A model generated the notes under the pieces. The model made no database searches. It was not told the origin of the DNA and saw only the letters and a list, made by a program, of their open reading frames with translations. Of a stretch of 64,000 nucleotides of DNA, positions 49,113-59,364 are shown piece by piece. The stretch lies in the NCBI GenBank assembly GCA_964648295.1, contig CAZYNH010000004.1, positions 613-64,612 of the forward strand, in the 5' to 3' direction. Positions within the stretch are counted from its first letter, which is position 1. Every line of letters begins with the position of its first letter. The translations under genes were made by a program, and so were the position numbers. This stretch comes from an uncultured Bacteroidia bacterium. Lineage in GTDB: Bacteria; UBA4055.

Positions 49113-52100
49113 TTATTTTGAAAGTGTCTTAATGAATTTTTCTGTAAATTCGAACCTGTTCTCCCCGTAAGGTATTTCTACGGTCACTTTTTCTCCACCG
49201 TTCTCAAGCTTTATATCATAATTCATTTCTGTTATTTCCCTCGTCAAGTTCTCCTGAACTTTGATCGCAGTTTCGGTGTTCTCGATCTCCTCGAGCTTTT
49301 CTATATCAAAAGTGAATTTAATATCTTCCTTGGTGCCCCTTTCAGCCAGAGCTATATTTTTAATAAAAATTCTGCCTGCTATTATCGAGAGGTACAGGTT
49401 ATTTAAGAGATTTACAACTTCCGGGGGCAGAACGCCGAACCTGTCCTTTATCTCCGCTCTTAATACTTCTATCTCATCCGTTTCGGTAAAGTTCATCATG
49501 CGGCGGTATATTTCGACCCTTTCGGAATCCTCCTCAATGTAATGCTCGGGCAGGAACATCTGCGATTTGAGGTTGACAGCGGCCTTGCTATATTTTGAAG
49601 GCACTTTAACATGCCTCAGAACTTCTTTAAATTCCTGCTCTTTGAGCTCGGCTACCGCTTCCTCAAGTATCTTTGAGTACATGTCGAATCCGACATTCTC
49701 GATAAAACCGCTCTGCTCGCTGCCCAGGAGGTTACCGGCACCTCTTATTTCCAGATCCTTCATGGCTATCTGGAAACCTGAACCCAGATCGGTGAATTCC
49801 GAGATAGTCTCGAGCCTTTTCTTCGCGGTCGGGGTCAGAGAATGCGGGTCGCCGGTAAGCAGGTACGCATACGCCTGCCTTGAAGACCTTCCTATCCTGC
49901 CCCTAAGCTGATAGAGCTGCGAAAGCCCGAAATTGTCGGCGTTGTTGACTATCATCGTATTGACATTCGGGATGTCCACCCCGTTCTCGATTATCGTTGT
50001 AGCGATGAGAACGGAATATTTTTTGTACATAAACTCGTGCATGACCTTTTCAAGCTCGGAAGGTTTCATCTGTCCGTGCGCGGCGACCATGCTGACCTTG
50101 GGAACGATCTTTTCAAGCATGGCCCGGACGGAATAGATCGTCTCGACCCTGTTGTGGATGAAGAACACCTGCCCTCCCCTGTCGATCTCCTTCATTATCG
50201 CTTCGTAGATCACATCGTTCCTGAACGGATGTATCTCGGTTTTAATGGGCAGCCTGTTGACGGGAGGGGTGTTTATCAGGCTCAGGTCGCGCACGCCAAT
50301 GAGCGACATGTGGAGCGTTCTCGGTATCGGCGTCGCTGTTAAGGTCATTACATCAACATTGATCCTCAATTCCTTGATCCGCTCCTTGTGAGTTACGCCG
50401 AACCGCTGCTCCTCATCGACGATCAGCAGGCCGAGGTCCTTGAATATCACATCCTTTGAAAGCAGGCGGTGCGTTCCGATCACAATATCGATCTTGCCTT
50501 CTTTGATGTCAACAAGGGTTTTGTTCTGATCTGAAGTGCTCTTGAACCTCGATAGATATTCTATGCGGACGGGATATTTTTCCAGCCTGCTTTTAAAGTT
50601 CTCGTAATGCTGATCGACTAAAATCGTGGTCGGCGCGAGGACGGCGACCTGTTTGCCGGACACCGCCGCCTTGAAGGCCGCGCGGATGGCGATCTCGGTC
50701 TTGCCGTATCCGACATCCCCGCAGATGAGGCGGTCCATGGGCATTGAGGCTTCCATATCTCGCTTAAAGTCTTCCGTGGATTTGAGCTGATCGGGCGTGT
50801 CCTCGTATTCAAAGGAAGCCTCAAGCTCCGTCTGCCACACCGTGTCAGCCGGATAGGCGAAGCCTTTGGCCGTCTTCCTCATCGCGTAGAGCTTAATAAG
50901 CTCGCGCGCGGCCGTCTTGACACTTTCCTTCGTCTTCTCGACCAGTTTTCTAAACTGCTGGCCGCCCAGCTTTGACAAAGCGGGATTCGCTCCGTCGCCG
51001 GCTTTATATTTTTGAATCAGATGAATATGATCGAGCTTTAGGAAAAGAATGTCACCGCCCTTATAAAGCAGCTTGACGACATCGCGGACCGATCCTGCGA
51101 CCGTGATCTTTTCAAGACAGAGGAACTGTCCGATACCGTGATCCTGATGGACCACATAATCGCCGTATTTTAGCCTCTGAAGATCTTTGAAGGGTATTAC
51201 TTTTTTAAATCGCCTAGTCAGTTTGGGTCTTCTCACTCGCCCGAATATCTGATGGTCGGTATATACAGATATTTGCGAGCCGGGCAGGAAAAAACCCTCG
51301 TGAAGCCCCCCGTCCGAGATCGTATATCTCTTGAGCTGAGGTATCTCTTCTGAAATTATATCCGAGAACCTTTCAGTCTGACCCGGATTGTCGCACAGGA
51401 TATATGAATGAACTTCGGCGTTGTCGTTATTTAAAAGCGTGTTCAGGAAAGGTTTGAAATCGTACCTGAAAGATATCTGTTCCCTAATGTTTATTTTTAT
51501 ATCTTTGGCGTCATCAGTGAACCCGTTAAAGTATCCCCTGCCTTTCATCAGCCTCTGCTCAACGAACTGAACAGGAAAATACTTCTTTTCAGGATGCGTC
51601 CCCTTTTCAGATATTCTTTCCCAGCCGGCGAGGATCTGGTCATTATAGTAAGCGTCCAGCTTCGTTTTAAGATCTTCGCATTCCTCTACGAAAAAAACCG
51701 TCGTTCCGCTGTCGGTTAAGTCTATAAGGTTAATTCCCTCACCTTCATCACTCTTCATGTCCGACAGGTATATTTCGGCGGATTTCACCGCTTCGATCTT
51801 CTTCTGGCTCGCCGGGTCGAAATACCTTAATGACTCTATCTCGTCGCCGAAGAACTCTATTCTGAGCGGGTATTCCGAAGCGTACGGATAGATGTCGATT
51901 ATGTTGCCTTTTCTGGCGAATTCGCCTATGTTCTCGACCGACGATACTTTTTCGAAACTTTTCTCAACGAACTGCCCTACGAGTTTTTCGGGCTTGACTG
52001 AACTTCCCGCCTTTACTTTGAGCTTTATGTCTTTGATGCCTTCTCTGTCCGGTATCTTCTCAAAAAGATTCCTGTATGTAGTCGAAATTATGCCGAATTT

Positions 52101-52445
52101 CCCGCTGAGCACTTTTTCCAGAGTGACGAGTCTTGAGCCTTTCCTTTCGTCGTCGATGTCGCCTGAACAGTATGGGTAATTCTCGCCGGGAAGAAGCAGG
52201 TCGCAGGCATCGTCCTTTCCCGCGATCAGGTTAATATCATCCCTGAATTTTTCCGCGTTCTCGACTGAATCCGCAAAAAATACGACCTTCATTTTGTTCT
52301 TTTCGTGCAGGTATGACAATAAAAATGCCCTGAATGAGTAAGTGATGCCTTTAGAGCGGACGATCTTCTGCCTGCCTATTATCTCTGCCGATCTTTCAAG
52401 GTCCGGTGACGCAAATATTGCTTTTTTTAATTTCTGAACTGACAT
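49113..52445 (-). CDS. mfd: Transcription-repair coupling factor
   Basis: 1110 aa; superfamily-2 helicase motifs ([19 protein letters not shown]), Mfd-like N- and C-terminal regions. Confidence 0.92.
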   Translation of the reverse strand: MSVQKLKKAIFASPDLERSAEIIGRQKIVRSKGITYSFRAFLLSYLHEKNKMKVVFFADSVENAEKFRDDINLIAGKDDACDLLLPGENYPYCSGDIDDERKGSRLVTLEKVLSGKFGIISTTYRNLFEKIPDREGIKDIKLKVKAGSSVKPEKLVGQFVEKSFEKVSSVENIGEFARKGNIIDIYPYASEYPLRIEFFGDEIESLRYFDPASQKKIEAVKSAEIYLSDMKSDEGEGINLIDLTDSGTTVFFVEECEDLKTKLDAYYNDQILAGWERISEKGTHPEKKYFPVQFVEQRLMKGRGYFNGFTDDAKDIKINIREQISFRYDFKPFLNTLLNNDNAEVHSYILCDNPGQTERFSDIISEEIPQLKRYTISDGGLHEGFFLPGSQISVYTDHQIFGRVRRPKLTRRFKKVIPFKDLQRLKYGDYVVHQDHGIGQFLCLEKITVAGSVRDVVKLLYKGGDILFLKLDHIHLIQKYKAGDGANPALSKLGGQQFRKLVEKTKESVKTAARELIKLYAMRKTAKGFAYPADTVWQTELEASFEYEDTPDQLKSTEDFKRDMEASMPMDRLICGDVGYGKTEIAIRAAFKAAVSGKQVAVLAPTTILVDQHYENFKSRLEKYPVRIEYLSRFKSTSDQNKTLVDIKEGKIDIVIGTHRLLSKDVIFKDLGLLIVDEEQRFGVTHKERIKELRINVDVMTLTATPIPRTLHMSLIGVRDLSLINTPPVNRLPIKTEIHPFRNDVIYEAIMKEIDRGGQVFFIHNRVETIYSVRAMLEKIVPKVSMVAAHGQMKPSELEKVMHEFMYKKYSVLIATTIIENGVDIPNVNTMIVNNADNFGLSQLYQLRGRIGRSSRQAYAYLLTGDPHSLTPTAKKRLETISEFTDLGSGFQIAMKDLEIRGAGNLLGSEQSGFIENVGFDMYSKILEEAVAELKEQEFKEVLRHVKVPSKYSKAAVNLKSQMFLPEHYIEEDSERVEIYRRMMNFTETDEIEVLRAEIKDRFGVLPPEVVNLLNNLYLSIIAGRIFIKNIALAERGTKEDIKFTFDIEKLEEIENTETAIKVQENLTREITEMNYDIKLENGGEKVTVEIPYGENRFEFTEKFIKTLSK

Positions 52446-52462
52446 TTAAGACTTTGCGGCAT

Positions 52463-52792
52463 TTAGGATTTTTTAACTTTACCGCTGTCTTTGATAAAAT
52501 AAACTACGGCGTCAGAGATGAGAATATAAACAAGAAGGCTTAAAGCTGTGCGGGTCATGTATTTGACCAGAATTGCCCTGTTAATGAAGAACGAATCGAA
52601 GCATGCTACAACTATCATTACGAAAAAGAAGAAATATATTATGGCCCAGAAGATGTTGTTGAGCTTCATGTTTTTATATTTCAGCGATCCTTCTTCAAAA
52701 TCCTGTTCTTTCTTTAAAATGTCCGGCACGAAAAGGCCGAATGCGGCTATCATCAGCGTCCATGCGAGGAATTTGTTCTTAGTTTCTTTCAA
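52463..52792 (-). CDS. Small hypothetical membrane protein
   Basis: Three predicted TM helices; TTG start in the track; no recognisable family. Confidence 0.3.
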   Translation of the reverse strand: MKETKNKFLAWTLMIAAFGLFVPDILKKEQDFEEGSLKYKNMKLNNIFWAIIYFFFFVMIVVACFDSFFINRAILVKYMTRTALSLLVYILISDAVVYFIKDSGKVKKS

Positions 52793-52816
52793 TTTTTTAC
52801 GCTCCGTCAGTTGTGA

Positions 52817-52954
52817 TTATTTGATCTCCAGTTGATCAGGATCCTGCCTGCAATCCCAAATCGTATGGATTATTATTTCATCTGCGCTATGTTCATAAAA
52901 TATAATCAGGTTTTCCACGATCAGCCCCCTTACAGGATCCAAATCGGTTTTCAT
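52817..52954 (-). pseudogene. Truncated RelE/ParE-family toxin remnant (C-terminal half only)
   Basis: 45-codon ORF right after the antitoxin stop (MKTDLDPVRGLIVENLIIFYEHSADEIIIHTIWDCRQDPDQLEIK) resembling a RelE/StbE C-terminus; the N-terminal ~45 aa are absent. Coordinates +/-1. Confidence 0.3.
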
Positions 52955-52984
52955 ACAGCTTCGATCTGGCTTTATTGGACCAGA

Positions 52985-53221
52985 TTATCTTCCTTTGAGC
53001 CATCCGGCGACTTCCTTTTCAAATATCTTGTGCTCGGTAAATAACCCTTTTTCAATATCCTTCTTTGACTCTATGATCTCATTTCTCTGCTTTTTTGTCA
53101 ATGTCAAAACTTCAGAATCAGTCTTAGAATCCAGAATGGTTTTTATGGCTTTAAGAAAAGAAAGATCGTCAATCTCAGCTATTCTGTGTATCAATATTTT
53201 TTTTAATTCAAGAGTCGTCAT
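52985..53221 (-). CDS. Putative addiction-module antitoxin (TIGR02574-like)
   Basis: 78 aa (MTTLELKKILIHRIAEIDDLSFLKAIKTILDS...) matches the small helical antitoxin family that pairs with RelE/ParE toxins. Confidence 0.55.
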   Translation of the reverse strand: MTTLELKKILIHRIAEIDDLSFLKAIKTILDSKTDSEVLTLTKKQRNEIIESKKDIEKGLFTEHKIFEKEVAGWLKGR

Positions 53222-53302
53222 ACCTTAATTCTCCATCTTTCACTCTATATGTAAAGATACGCAATCGGCGCATGCATATCAATCCTTTTTTACAAATCTT
53301 TT

Positions 53303-53614
53303 TTATCTGGCGGTTTTTAGATCAATTACATTTGACGGGTTACTGCTTTTAAAATCTTCAACTTCTTTTCTTAAATCACTTGTTTCTATTGTAGACCAAC
53401 CATTCTTATATTTTGCTTCTTCTACATCATATACATATTGAATAGATAACGGATCGTTGTTAGTCCACATATTCGCTGTTGAATTAGCTGGACTTGAATC
53501 CATTTCAAAAGGAATCGGTGAAAGATAATCGTAATTTAATTGTTCATGATATGTACTAAGTTCATCAAGAGAATTAGTAATTCCACCCATAACCATGTGT
53601 GAAAACAAACGCTT
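53303..53614 (-). pseudogene. ORF fragment, probably the 3' part of a gene disrupted by the IS3 insertion
   Basis: Track ORF 53303..53722 begins inside the IS terminal repeat, so its N-terminus is IS-derived; the remainder has no recognisable family. Confidence 0.25.
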
Positions 53615-53649
53615 TGTGTCAACAAAGATGTCGCCTCTGTTAATTGATT

Positions 53650-54570
53650 TCACTGTTTGATCTCCGGATTCAAAACCACTTTTTCCGGCGCACCCCAGAT
53701 TTTCATATTTCTCTTTCCCCATCTTTCGGGATATAGTTTCTTGGCTTCATCCATAACGGCGTTACGCTTTGTAAAAATCATTTTTGCTTCACCGCTTCTC
53801 ATCTGTGCCGGAGTAACATAATCCACAGACGAATGAAGGTGATCATTGTTATACCAGTTTACGAAGTCAGCCATCCATTCTCTCGCATGATTTATGTCTT
53901 TGAAGCGTAGCGGATACTTCGGATCGTACTTTAAAGTTTTGAAGAACGATTCGATGTAGGGATTATCATTGCTGGTTCTCGGACGGCTGAACGACACATT
54001 GACTTTAAGCTCGCTTAAAAGAGCCATCAGGGTTACGCCTTTCATTATCGAACCGTTATCGGAATGTAGATAGCTGAACTTGATATTTCTTCCGCATAAA
54101 ATACTTTTGAAAAGCTCTTCGCTGTGCTCATCTTTTTCTTCTTCGTAAACTGCCCAGCCGACGATGCATTTATCGAAAATATCTATTATCATATAGGCAT
54201 AAAAGAAAAGGCCTTTTATAAGCGCGGGAAGCCATGTTACATCCCAGCACCATACCTGATCGGATCTTGTGGCTGTACGCTCGGGCGGTCTGGACTGCTT
54301 TCTACGCTTTGCAGGACGAACCAGACTGGCTGTTTTCAAGATTCTGTAAAATGTTCTGACCGAACCATAATATATAGTGTTGTCAAGAAGCATAGGCACA
54401 ACTTTATGCGGGCTGAGATCACGGTACTCAGGCTCGTTGCATACATTTATTATTTCCTGACGCTCATCCGGTTCAAGCTTTCTTATTACTTTTGTATGCG
54501 ATCCTTTTCTCCTGTCTATCAAGCCTATCTTTCTCCACCTTTGTAAGGTTCTTTTATCAATGCCTACCAC
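53650..54570 (-). CDS. IS3-family transposase OrfB (integrase/rve catalytic domain)
   Basis: DDE/rve motifs (WCWDVTW, YLHSDNGS, NDNPYIESFFKTLK). Confidence 0.9.
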   Translation of the reverse strand: MVGIDKRTLQRWRKIGLIDRRKGSHTKVIRKLEPDERQEIINVCNEPEYRDLSPHKVVPMLLDNTIYYGSVRTFYRILKTASLVRPAKRRKQSRPPERTATRSDQVWCWDVTWLPALIKGLFFYAYMIIDIFDKCIVGWAVYEEEKDEHSEELFKSILCGRNIKFSYLHSDNGSIMKGVTLMALLSELKVNVSFSRPRTSNDNPYIESFFKTLKYDPKYPLRFKDINHAREWMADFVNWYNNDHLHSSVDYVTPAQMRSGEAKMIFTKRNAVMDEAKKLYPERWGKRNMKIWGAPEKVVLNPEIKQ

Positions 54571-54653
54571 TTCACAAGCCTTGAATTGTCTGGCACCGTT
54601 TGCACGAGCTTCATCTATCAGGACGACTATCTCTGATTTTACTACCTCAGGGA

Positions 54654-55151
54654 TCAGTCGTCCCCGTCTTCCCCCAAAAGAGTCTCTAATTTTTTTTTTA
54701 GCACAAGCAAAGCTGCTGTTTCTGCGAGTGCTTTTTCTTTCCTTGCAAGTTCCTTCTCAAGCTCTTTATTCCGCTTCATAAGCTCGCGGAGTTTCTTATC
54801 TTTTTTGTCTTCCTTTTTCGTTACCATTTCTCTAAGCTCCTGATCCCATAATTTTAAATGTTCCGAGTGAAGTCCCCGTTCACGCAGAAATTCTCCCAGT
54901 TTCTCTTCAGGTAGCCTGGCTGATTCCATCAGAAGCTGGTATTTTTCCTTACTGCTCAGGTGACGAAGACTCTTGTTAACTTGTACAGTATCAAATATAC
55001 CATCTTTTTTCTGTTTTATCCAATTACGAATTGTCTGTTCGCTGAACCCAAACTGCCGACTTGTGCCTCTAATACTCTTGCTTTCAGGCGGTAACACTTT
55101 CTTTAAAACTCCGATCTTTATTGATCGTGAATACTCCATTTGTTCCTCCAA
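54654..55151 (-). CDS. IS3-family transposase OrfA (HTH + leucine zipper)
   Basis: HTH (GTSRQFGFSEQTIRNWIKQ), Lys/Glu-rich zipper, KKK encoded by an 11-nt A-run near the 3' end (candidate frameshift site). Confidence 0.85.
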   Translation of the reverse strand: MEEQMEYSRSIKIGVLKKVLPPESKSIRGTSRQFGFSEQTIRNWIKQKKDGIFDTVQVNKSLRHLSSKEKYQLLMESARLPEEKLGEFLRERGLHSEHLKLWDQELREMVTKKEDKKDKKLRELMKRNKELEKELARKEKALAETAALLVLKKKLETLLGEDGDD

Positions 55152-55408
55152 CTTGAGGCGACATCTTTATTGGCACATAGTGATTAGCAACACTGCTGCT
55201 CGTATTAAAACACGGGAAAAGCAGCATGAAAACAAAGAAAAATAGTAAAAACAGCCTTCTTTTTTGGCAATCGCTCAAAAATGGCAGTTTTCCGGCACTG
55301 TTCATGTCTAGAGACAAAAATTCTTTTAAAGCGGGATTTTCAGCTTTTGCTGAATATGGCGTGTTCATAAGTTCCTCCGGTGAGGGTTTGATAAGGTTTT
55401 GCTTGCTT

Positions 55409-55660
55409 CTATTCGTAAGCTTCTTTCCTGTGCTTGATCCTCAATACAAGTACTGTGCTATCAGAAGTTATTGAGTAAATTATTCTGTAATCGCCAACTC
55501 TGAACTTTCGGAGGCCGGCAAATTTTCCTTTCAGCTCAGGATACTGGTCCGGTTTTTCTGCAAGATCTTTTTCAATTTTATCGAATATCCGTTTGATCTG
55601 CTTTTTATCAATGCCTTTCAGATCCTGAGTAACAGAATTTTTGAAAGATATGTTATACAT
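55409..55660 (-). CDS. RelE/ParE-family type II toxin
   Basis: 83 aa ending ...FRVGDYRIIYSITSDSTVLVLRIKHRKEAYE; overlaps the upstream antitoxin gene by 8 nt. Confidence 0.75.
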   Translation of the reverse strand: MYNISFKNSVTQDLKGIDKKQIKRIFDKIEKDLAEKPDQYPELKGKFAGLRKFRVGDYRIIYSITSDSTVLVLRIKHRKEAYE

Positions 55661-55871
55661 TCAGTTTTTTCCTAAGATCAGTAATGGATATTTCTGTATC
55701 TGAAGTATCGCGCATCCTGTCGAGCGCTATCTGAAGATCAGCCTGCTCCTCAATATATGATTCTATAGCTTTTTTGATAAGGAAAGACCTAGATCTTTCT
55801 GTGATCTTTGCGATCTCGTCAAGCGAGGAGGCTAGTTTATCCGGCAGTCTTACAGTAACAGTGGTATTCAT
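55653..55871 (-). CDS. Ribbon-helix-helix (CopG/ParD-like) antitoxin
   Basis: 72 aa, N-terminal RHH signature (TVTVRLPDKLASSLDEIAKITERSRSFLIKKAIESYI). Confidence 0.7.
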   Translation of the reverse strand: MNTTVTVRLPDKLASSLDEIAKITERSRSFLIKKAIESYIEEQADLQIALDRMRDTSDTEISITDLRKKLNV

Positions 55872-55930
55872 AAAAACTCCTTTGTCATCATTTGTAATAC
55901 AATATAATCACTTTAATTACAAAAGTCAAA

Positions 55931-56419
55931 TTAATCTTTTTTTGCTTTGTTCTTTTTATCTCTCTCCCTCAGCTCGCGGAAAAAATTCTGCATGAGTTCC
56001 TGAATTTCATTGCGCATCAGGCCGCTTTCGACTGTCACGGTCTTGTTGATGTTTAGTTCTTTAAGGCCGTCGAATTTTGACGAAATAAAGCCCATTCTGG
56101 GGTCTTCAGCGCCAAAGACGATTCGACCTATTCTGGAAAGAGAGATCGCTCCGGTGCACATCATACAGGGTTCCACAGTGACATAGAGCGTGCAGTCGTT
56201 GAGTCGCCAGTTGTCTTTACTGTTCTCGGCTGAAGTAATGGCGATCATTTCGGCATGAGCTGTCGCGTCGCGTAAAAGTTCGGTCTGATTGTAGCCCTCA
56301 CCGATTATGATGCCGTCACGCACTATCACCGCTCCGACCGGCACTTCTCCCTCTTCGTAAGCCCTCATCGCGAGTAGGTATGCTTTTTTCATGAATTTTA
56401 TGTCATTTTCGTCGAACAA
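55931..56419 (-). CDS. tadA: tRNA-specific adenosine deaminase
   Basis: CDA zinc-binding motifs (HAEMIAI and PCMMC), about 160 aa, typical TadA N-terminus. Confidence 0.85.
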   Translation of the reverse strand: MFDENDIKFMKKAYLLAMRAYEEGEVPVGAVIVRDGIIIGEGYNQTELLRDATAHAEMIAITSAENSKDNWRLNDCTLYVTVEPCMMCTGAISLSRIGRIVFGAEDPRMGFISSKFDGLKELNINKTVTVESGLMRNEIQELMQNFFRELRERDKKNKAKKD

Positions 56420-56430
56420 TTTATTCTCCT

Positions 56431-58008
56431 TTAAAGCAGAGCTTTTTCCCAGAGCGTTTTAAGCGCATCCGGATTTCCCACGCTGAACAGGTTCAGATAT
56501 TCGGGATCATCGTACAGGTTCGATTTCTCTATATCCTCATATCTCCTGCCTTCGTAACGCTCAAGTCCTCTCAGAAGCTCGGTCTCCATCTTCTTTTCAA
56601 AGTGAATGTGAAAATAAAGCCCCATCGGCTGACTGTACTTAAGCCAGTTCGCCATAAAGTCCGCAAACCACCTTCTCAGTTCCACAATATATTCCTCTAT
56701 CAGTCTGCTGACAGTTACCGCCGGAGAATTTTTCCTTATCGCCAGATGGAGTTCGATCTTCTTTTTGAACAGAACAGTCTGATCCGCAAAAAGTTTTATG
56801 TCTTTTTCAAATTCTGTTTCGAATTTTACATCTTTTACAGATGCTTCTACTTGTAAAATTCTTGTTAACAATTCAGACAGCTGACCGTCATTCTGATCGG
56901 CAAAACTTTTGCCGGAAAAAGGGTTGTCATGAAACATAAGTTTGGTGATATATTCCGGTTTGTTTCTGACACATTCCGAGTTAAGATAATCACCGTAATG
57001 TACTTTATCTAAAAGTTTTATTATTTTATCTATTTCGTCTTTTGCATTATATTTTTCAACCATCTGACCATTAAAAACTTTAACTGCCATATTAAATAGA
57101 TTTTCTGTGAATGAAAATGGATGAACATGACCTGCATCTCCCCAGTCGGTTATCATGTAGCCGAAAGCATCAAGTTCGTCGGCTCTTTCCTTCATCAAAC
57201 GGAAATTTTTAAGAGCGTAATCATACCGCGGAAAGAAACTTTTCCATGTGTTCGTTCCCGGACAGACAAGTATTTTCGCGTCGATATTCTTGTAGCTTTC
57301 AGGCATGTCTTTAAAGTCGTAATTCCAGTAGCAGACCACAGTATCGGGACCCAGCTTCTTCATAACTTCTGGATTTTTATCTATCATATCGCCCCAGAGA
57401 ACGATCTTTCTGTCATGCCTTGCCGCTATCTCTTTCAGCTTCAGAATATGGTTAAGAAAAAGCTCATCCTTCGATATATGCTGAAGTAAATGCGCGCTTT
57501 TGCCCGTAGCCATGTCATAAACTTCGTCACCGCCGATGTGGATGTATTCAGAGTTGAACACCTGCGAAGCTCTCATATAAAGGTCGTCTATAAGCTCATA
57601 GGTCTGATCCGAAACAGAGACCGACCATTTTTTCTCCGATTCGGCAAGATTTTCATATTCCTTCCATTTAAGAATGTGGAACATGTGACCGAAAGACTGA
57701 ATAAGAGGAACCAGAGAGAGTTTCAAACCTTCCGCGTAATCAGAAAGCTCTTTAAACTCCATAATTTCGTACCCGTCAGATTCAAAGCCTATCATCTGAT
57801 GTTCAGGTATCTTAAAAGTGTGTTCGATATTGAAAAAGACGGTATTGTAGCCGTATCCCGCAATATTTTTCAGCATCAGTTTCAGCCTCTCAAGCTTCGG
57901 GACACGGAACCTCGAAATATCTATCATGCAGGCTTTCATTTTATATCCGGTCATCCTTCCTCCACAAAATACGGTTTTCAAATTTAACTGATAAAACTCT
58001 GTTTTCAA
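56431..58008 (-). CDS. Glycoside hydrolase family 20-like protein (putative beta-N-acetylhexosaminidase)
   Basis: HIGGDE catalytic motif (SEYIHIGGDEVYD); TIM-barrel-like N-terminal half; no signal peptide. True start may be an internal Met. Confidence 0.55.
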   Translation of the reverse strand: MKTEFYQLNLKTVFCGGRMTGYKMKACMIDISRFRVPKLERLKLMLKNIAGYGYNTVFFNIEHTFKIPEHQMIGFESDGYEIMEFKELSDYAEGLKLSLVPLIQSFGHMFHILKWKEYENLAESEKKWSVSVSDQTYELIDDLYMRASQVFNSEYIHIGGDEVYDMATGKSAHLLQHISKDELFLNHILKLKEIAARHDRKIVLWGDMIDKNPEVMKKLGPDTVVCYWNYDFKDMPESYKNIDAKILVCPGTNTWKSFFPRYDYALKNFRLMKERADELDAFGYMITDWGDAGHVHPFSFTENLFNMAVKVFNGQMVEKYNAKDEIDKIIKLLDKVHYGDYLNSECVRNKPEYITKLMFHDNPFSGKSFADQNDGQLSELLTRILQVEASVKDVKFETEFEKDIKLFADQTVLFKKKIELHLAIRKNSPAVTVSRLIEEYIVELRRWFADFMANWLKYSQPMGLYFHIHFEKKMETELLRGLERYEGRRYEDIEKSNLYDDPEYLNLFSVGNPDALKTLWEKALL

Positions 58009-58089
58009 AGTAAAATTTGATCATTTTTCATTTTGATTTAGGCAGTTCGGTTATTATATTTACTGTCCTAAAACAAACCGGAGAATAAA

Positions 58090-58986
58090 ATGGCGAACGC
58101 TCTGATCAGCTCAAATATAACTGACCTCAAACTGTTCAATAAAGGCAAGGTAAGGGAGATCTACGAATTTCAGTCAGACAAACTGCTGATAGTAACCTCC
58201 GACAGGATAAGCGCTTTCGATGTGATCATGGACCAGCCCGTCCCCGAAAAAGGCAAGATACTTTCCACAATCTCAAATTTCTGGTTCAAAAAATTCGAGA
58301 ATATTGTGAAAAATCACCTTATATCTACCGAGCCTGAAAAAGATTATCCCGAACTTACAAAATGGAAAGATCAGCTTGAAGGAAGATCGGTCGTCGTCAG
58401 CAAATGCAGGCCGCTGCCGATCGAGGCTATCGTGAGAGGTTATCTTGCGGGATCGGGGTTAAAAGAGTACAAAAAGTCAGGCACAGTCTGCGGAATTAAA
58501 CTCGAAGCCGGTCTCACGAATTCATCCAAGCTTGAAGAACCCATATTCACTCCGTCCACAAAGGCTGAAATAGGGGAACATGACGAGAACATCTCATTCG
58601 AGGGAATGAAAAAGCTGATCGACCCTGCTCTGGCTGAGAAAGTCAAGTCCGTAAGCCTTGAACTTTATAAGACCGGCAGAGATTACGCGGCAACGAGAGG
58701 CATAATAATCGCCGATACCAAGTTCGAATTCGGACTTCTTGATGACGAACTCGTTCTCATCGACGAAGTCCTCACGCCCGACTCATCGAGGTTCTGGCCG
58801 GCGGATCAGTACAAAGAAGGCGAAAATCAGAAAAGCTTTGACAAGCAATACCTGAGAGACTACCTTGAGACGCTTGTAGAAGGGGGCAAATGGGACAAAA
58901 ATCCGCCGCCGCCGGTACTCCCGGATGAAGTTCTGCTGACTACAGCCGAAAAATATAGAGAAGCGATGAAAAGGCTGGCGGAATAG
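58090..58986 (+). CDS. purC: Phosphoribosylaminoimidazole-succinocarboxamide synthase (SAICAR synthetase)
   Basis: Long-form PurC (LFNKGKVREIYEF, SDRISAFDV, IIADTKFEFG). Confidence 0.9.
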   Translation: MANALISSNITDLKLFNKGKVREIYEFQSDKLLIVTSDRISAFDVIMDQPVPEKGKILSTISNFWFKKFENIVKNHLISTEPEKDYPELTKWKDQLEGRSVVVSKCRPLPIEAIVRGYLAGSGLKEYKKSGTVCGIKLEAGLTNSSKLEEPIFTPSTKAEIGEHDENISFEGMKKLIDPALAEKVKSVSLELYKTGRDYAATRGIIIADTKFEFGLLDDELVLIDEVLTPDSSRFWPADQYKEGENQKSFDKQYLRDYLETLVEGGKWDKNPPPPVLPDEVLLTTAEKYREAMKRLAE

Positions 58987-59274
58987 ATGAAAACCGAATT
59001 AAAAGGAAAAAACGCGTTAATATCTGTCGGCGGCGACCTGAGAGGAGACAGCTCAAAAGAGTTCGTTGAGTCGCTGAGATCATTTATTGCTGAGGATATC
59101 CGCAGGTTCACAGTCGATTTTGCCGGAGTGTCTTTCGCGGACACTTATACTGTATCAAGCCTGATAATTCTGTGCAATAAGCCTGATATCGAATTCACAT
59201 TCAGGAACGTGGGAAAACCTCTTATGAATATATTCAGCATCGCTGAATTTGGGAAAAGGGTCCTCTTCGAATAA
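58987..59274 (+). CDS. STAS-domain protein (anti-sigma-factor-antagonist-like)
   Basis: 95 aa with STAS-like pattern (ISVGGDLRGDSSKEF ... FTVDFAGVSFADTYTVSSL); ATG immediately follows the purC stop. Confidence 0.45.
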   Translation: MKTELKGKNALISVGGDLRGDSSKEFVESLRSFIAEDIRRFTVDFAGVSFADTYTVSSLIILCNKPDIEFTFRNVGKPLMNIFSIAEFGKRVLFE

Positions 59275-59302
59275 AATCCGTTTTTTTGGTATAAATATTG
59301 TC

Positions 59303-59331
59303 TTGACAATGTATAAGTGCTAAAATAAATT
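59303..59331 (+). promoter_or_regulatory. Candidate sigma70-type promoter for the LKR/SDH operon
   Basis: TTGACA, 17-nt spacer, TAAATT, about 30 nt before the GAGGAG RBS and ATG. Consensus may not apply to this lineage. Confidence 0.35.
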
Positions 59332-59364
59332 CCAACGCTTAAAAAATTATTGAGAGGAGTCTCC

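Larger units (their letters stand above)
53615..55177 (-). mobile_element. IS3-family insertion sequence (~1.56 kb) with 23-bp imperfect terminal inverted repeats
   Basis: Left end TGTGTCAACAAAGATGTCGCCTC (53615-53637) and right end GAGGCGACATCTTTATTGGCACA (55155-55177) are reverse complements at 21/23 positions, termini TG...CA; orfA and orfB lie between. No clean target-site duplication seen. Confidence 0.75.

Noticed and set aside
53615-53722. N-terminal 36 codons of ORF 53303..53722
   Set aside because: This part lies inside the IS3 terminal inverted repeat region, so it is IS-derived sequence fused in frame, not the native start of the flanking gene.
55084-55368. 94-aa minus-strand ORF spanning the IS3 right end and flank
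   Set aside because: Crosses the IS boundary at 55177; it may hold the 5' remnant of the IS-disrupted gene but has no recognisable features and cannot be confirmed.
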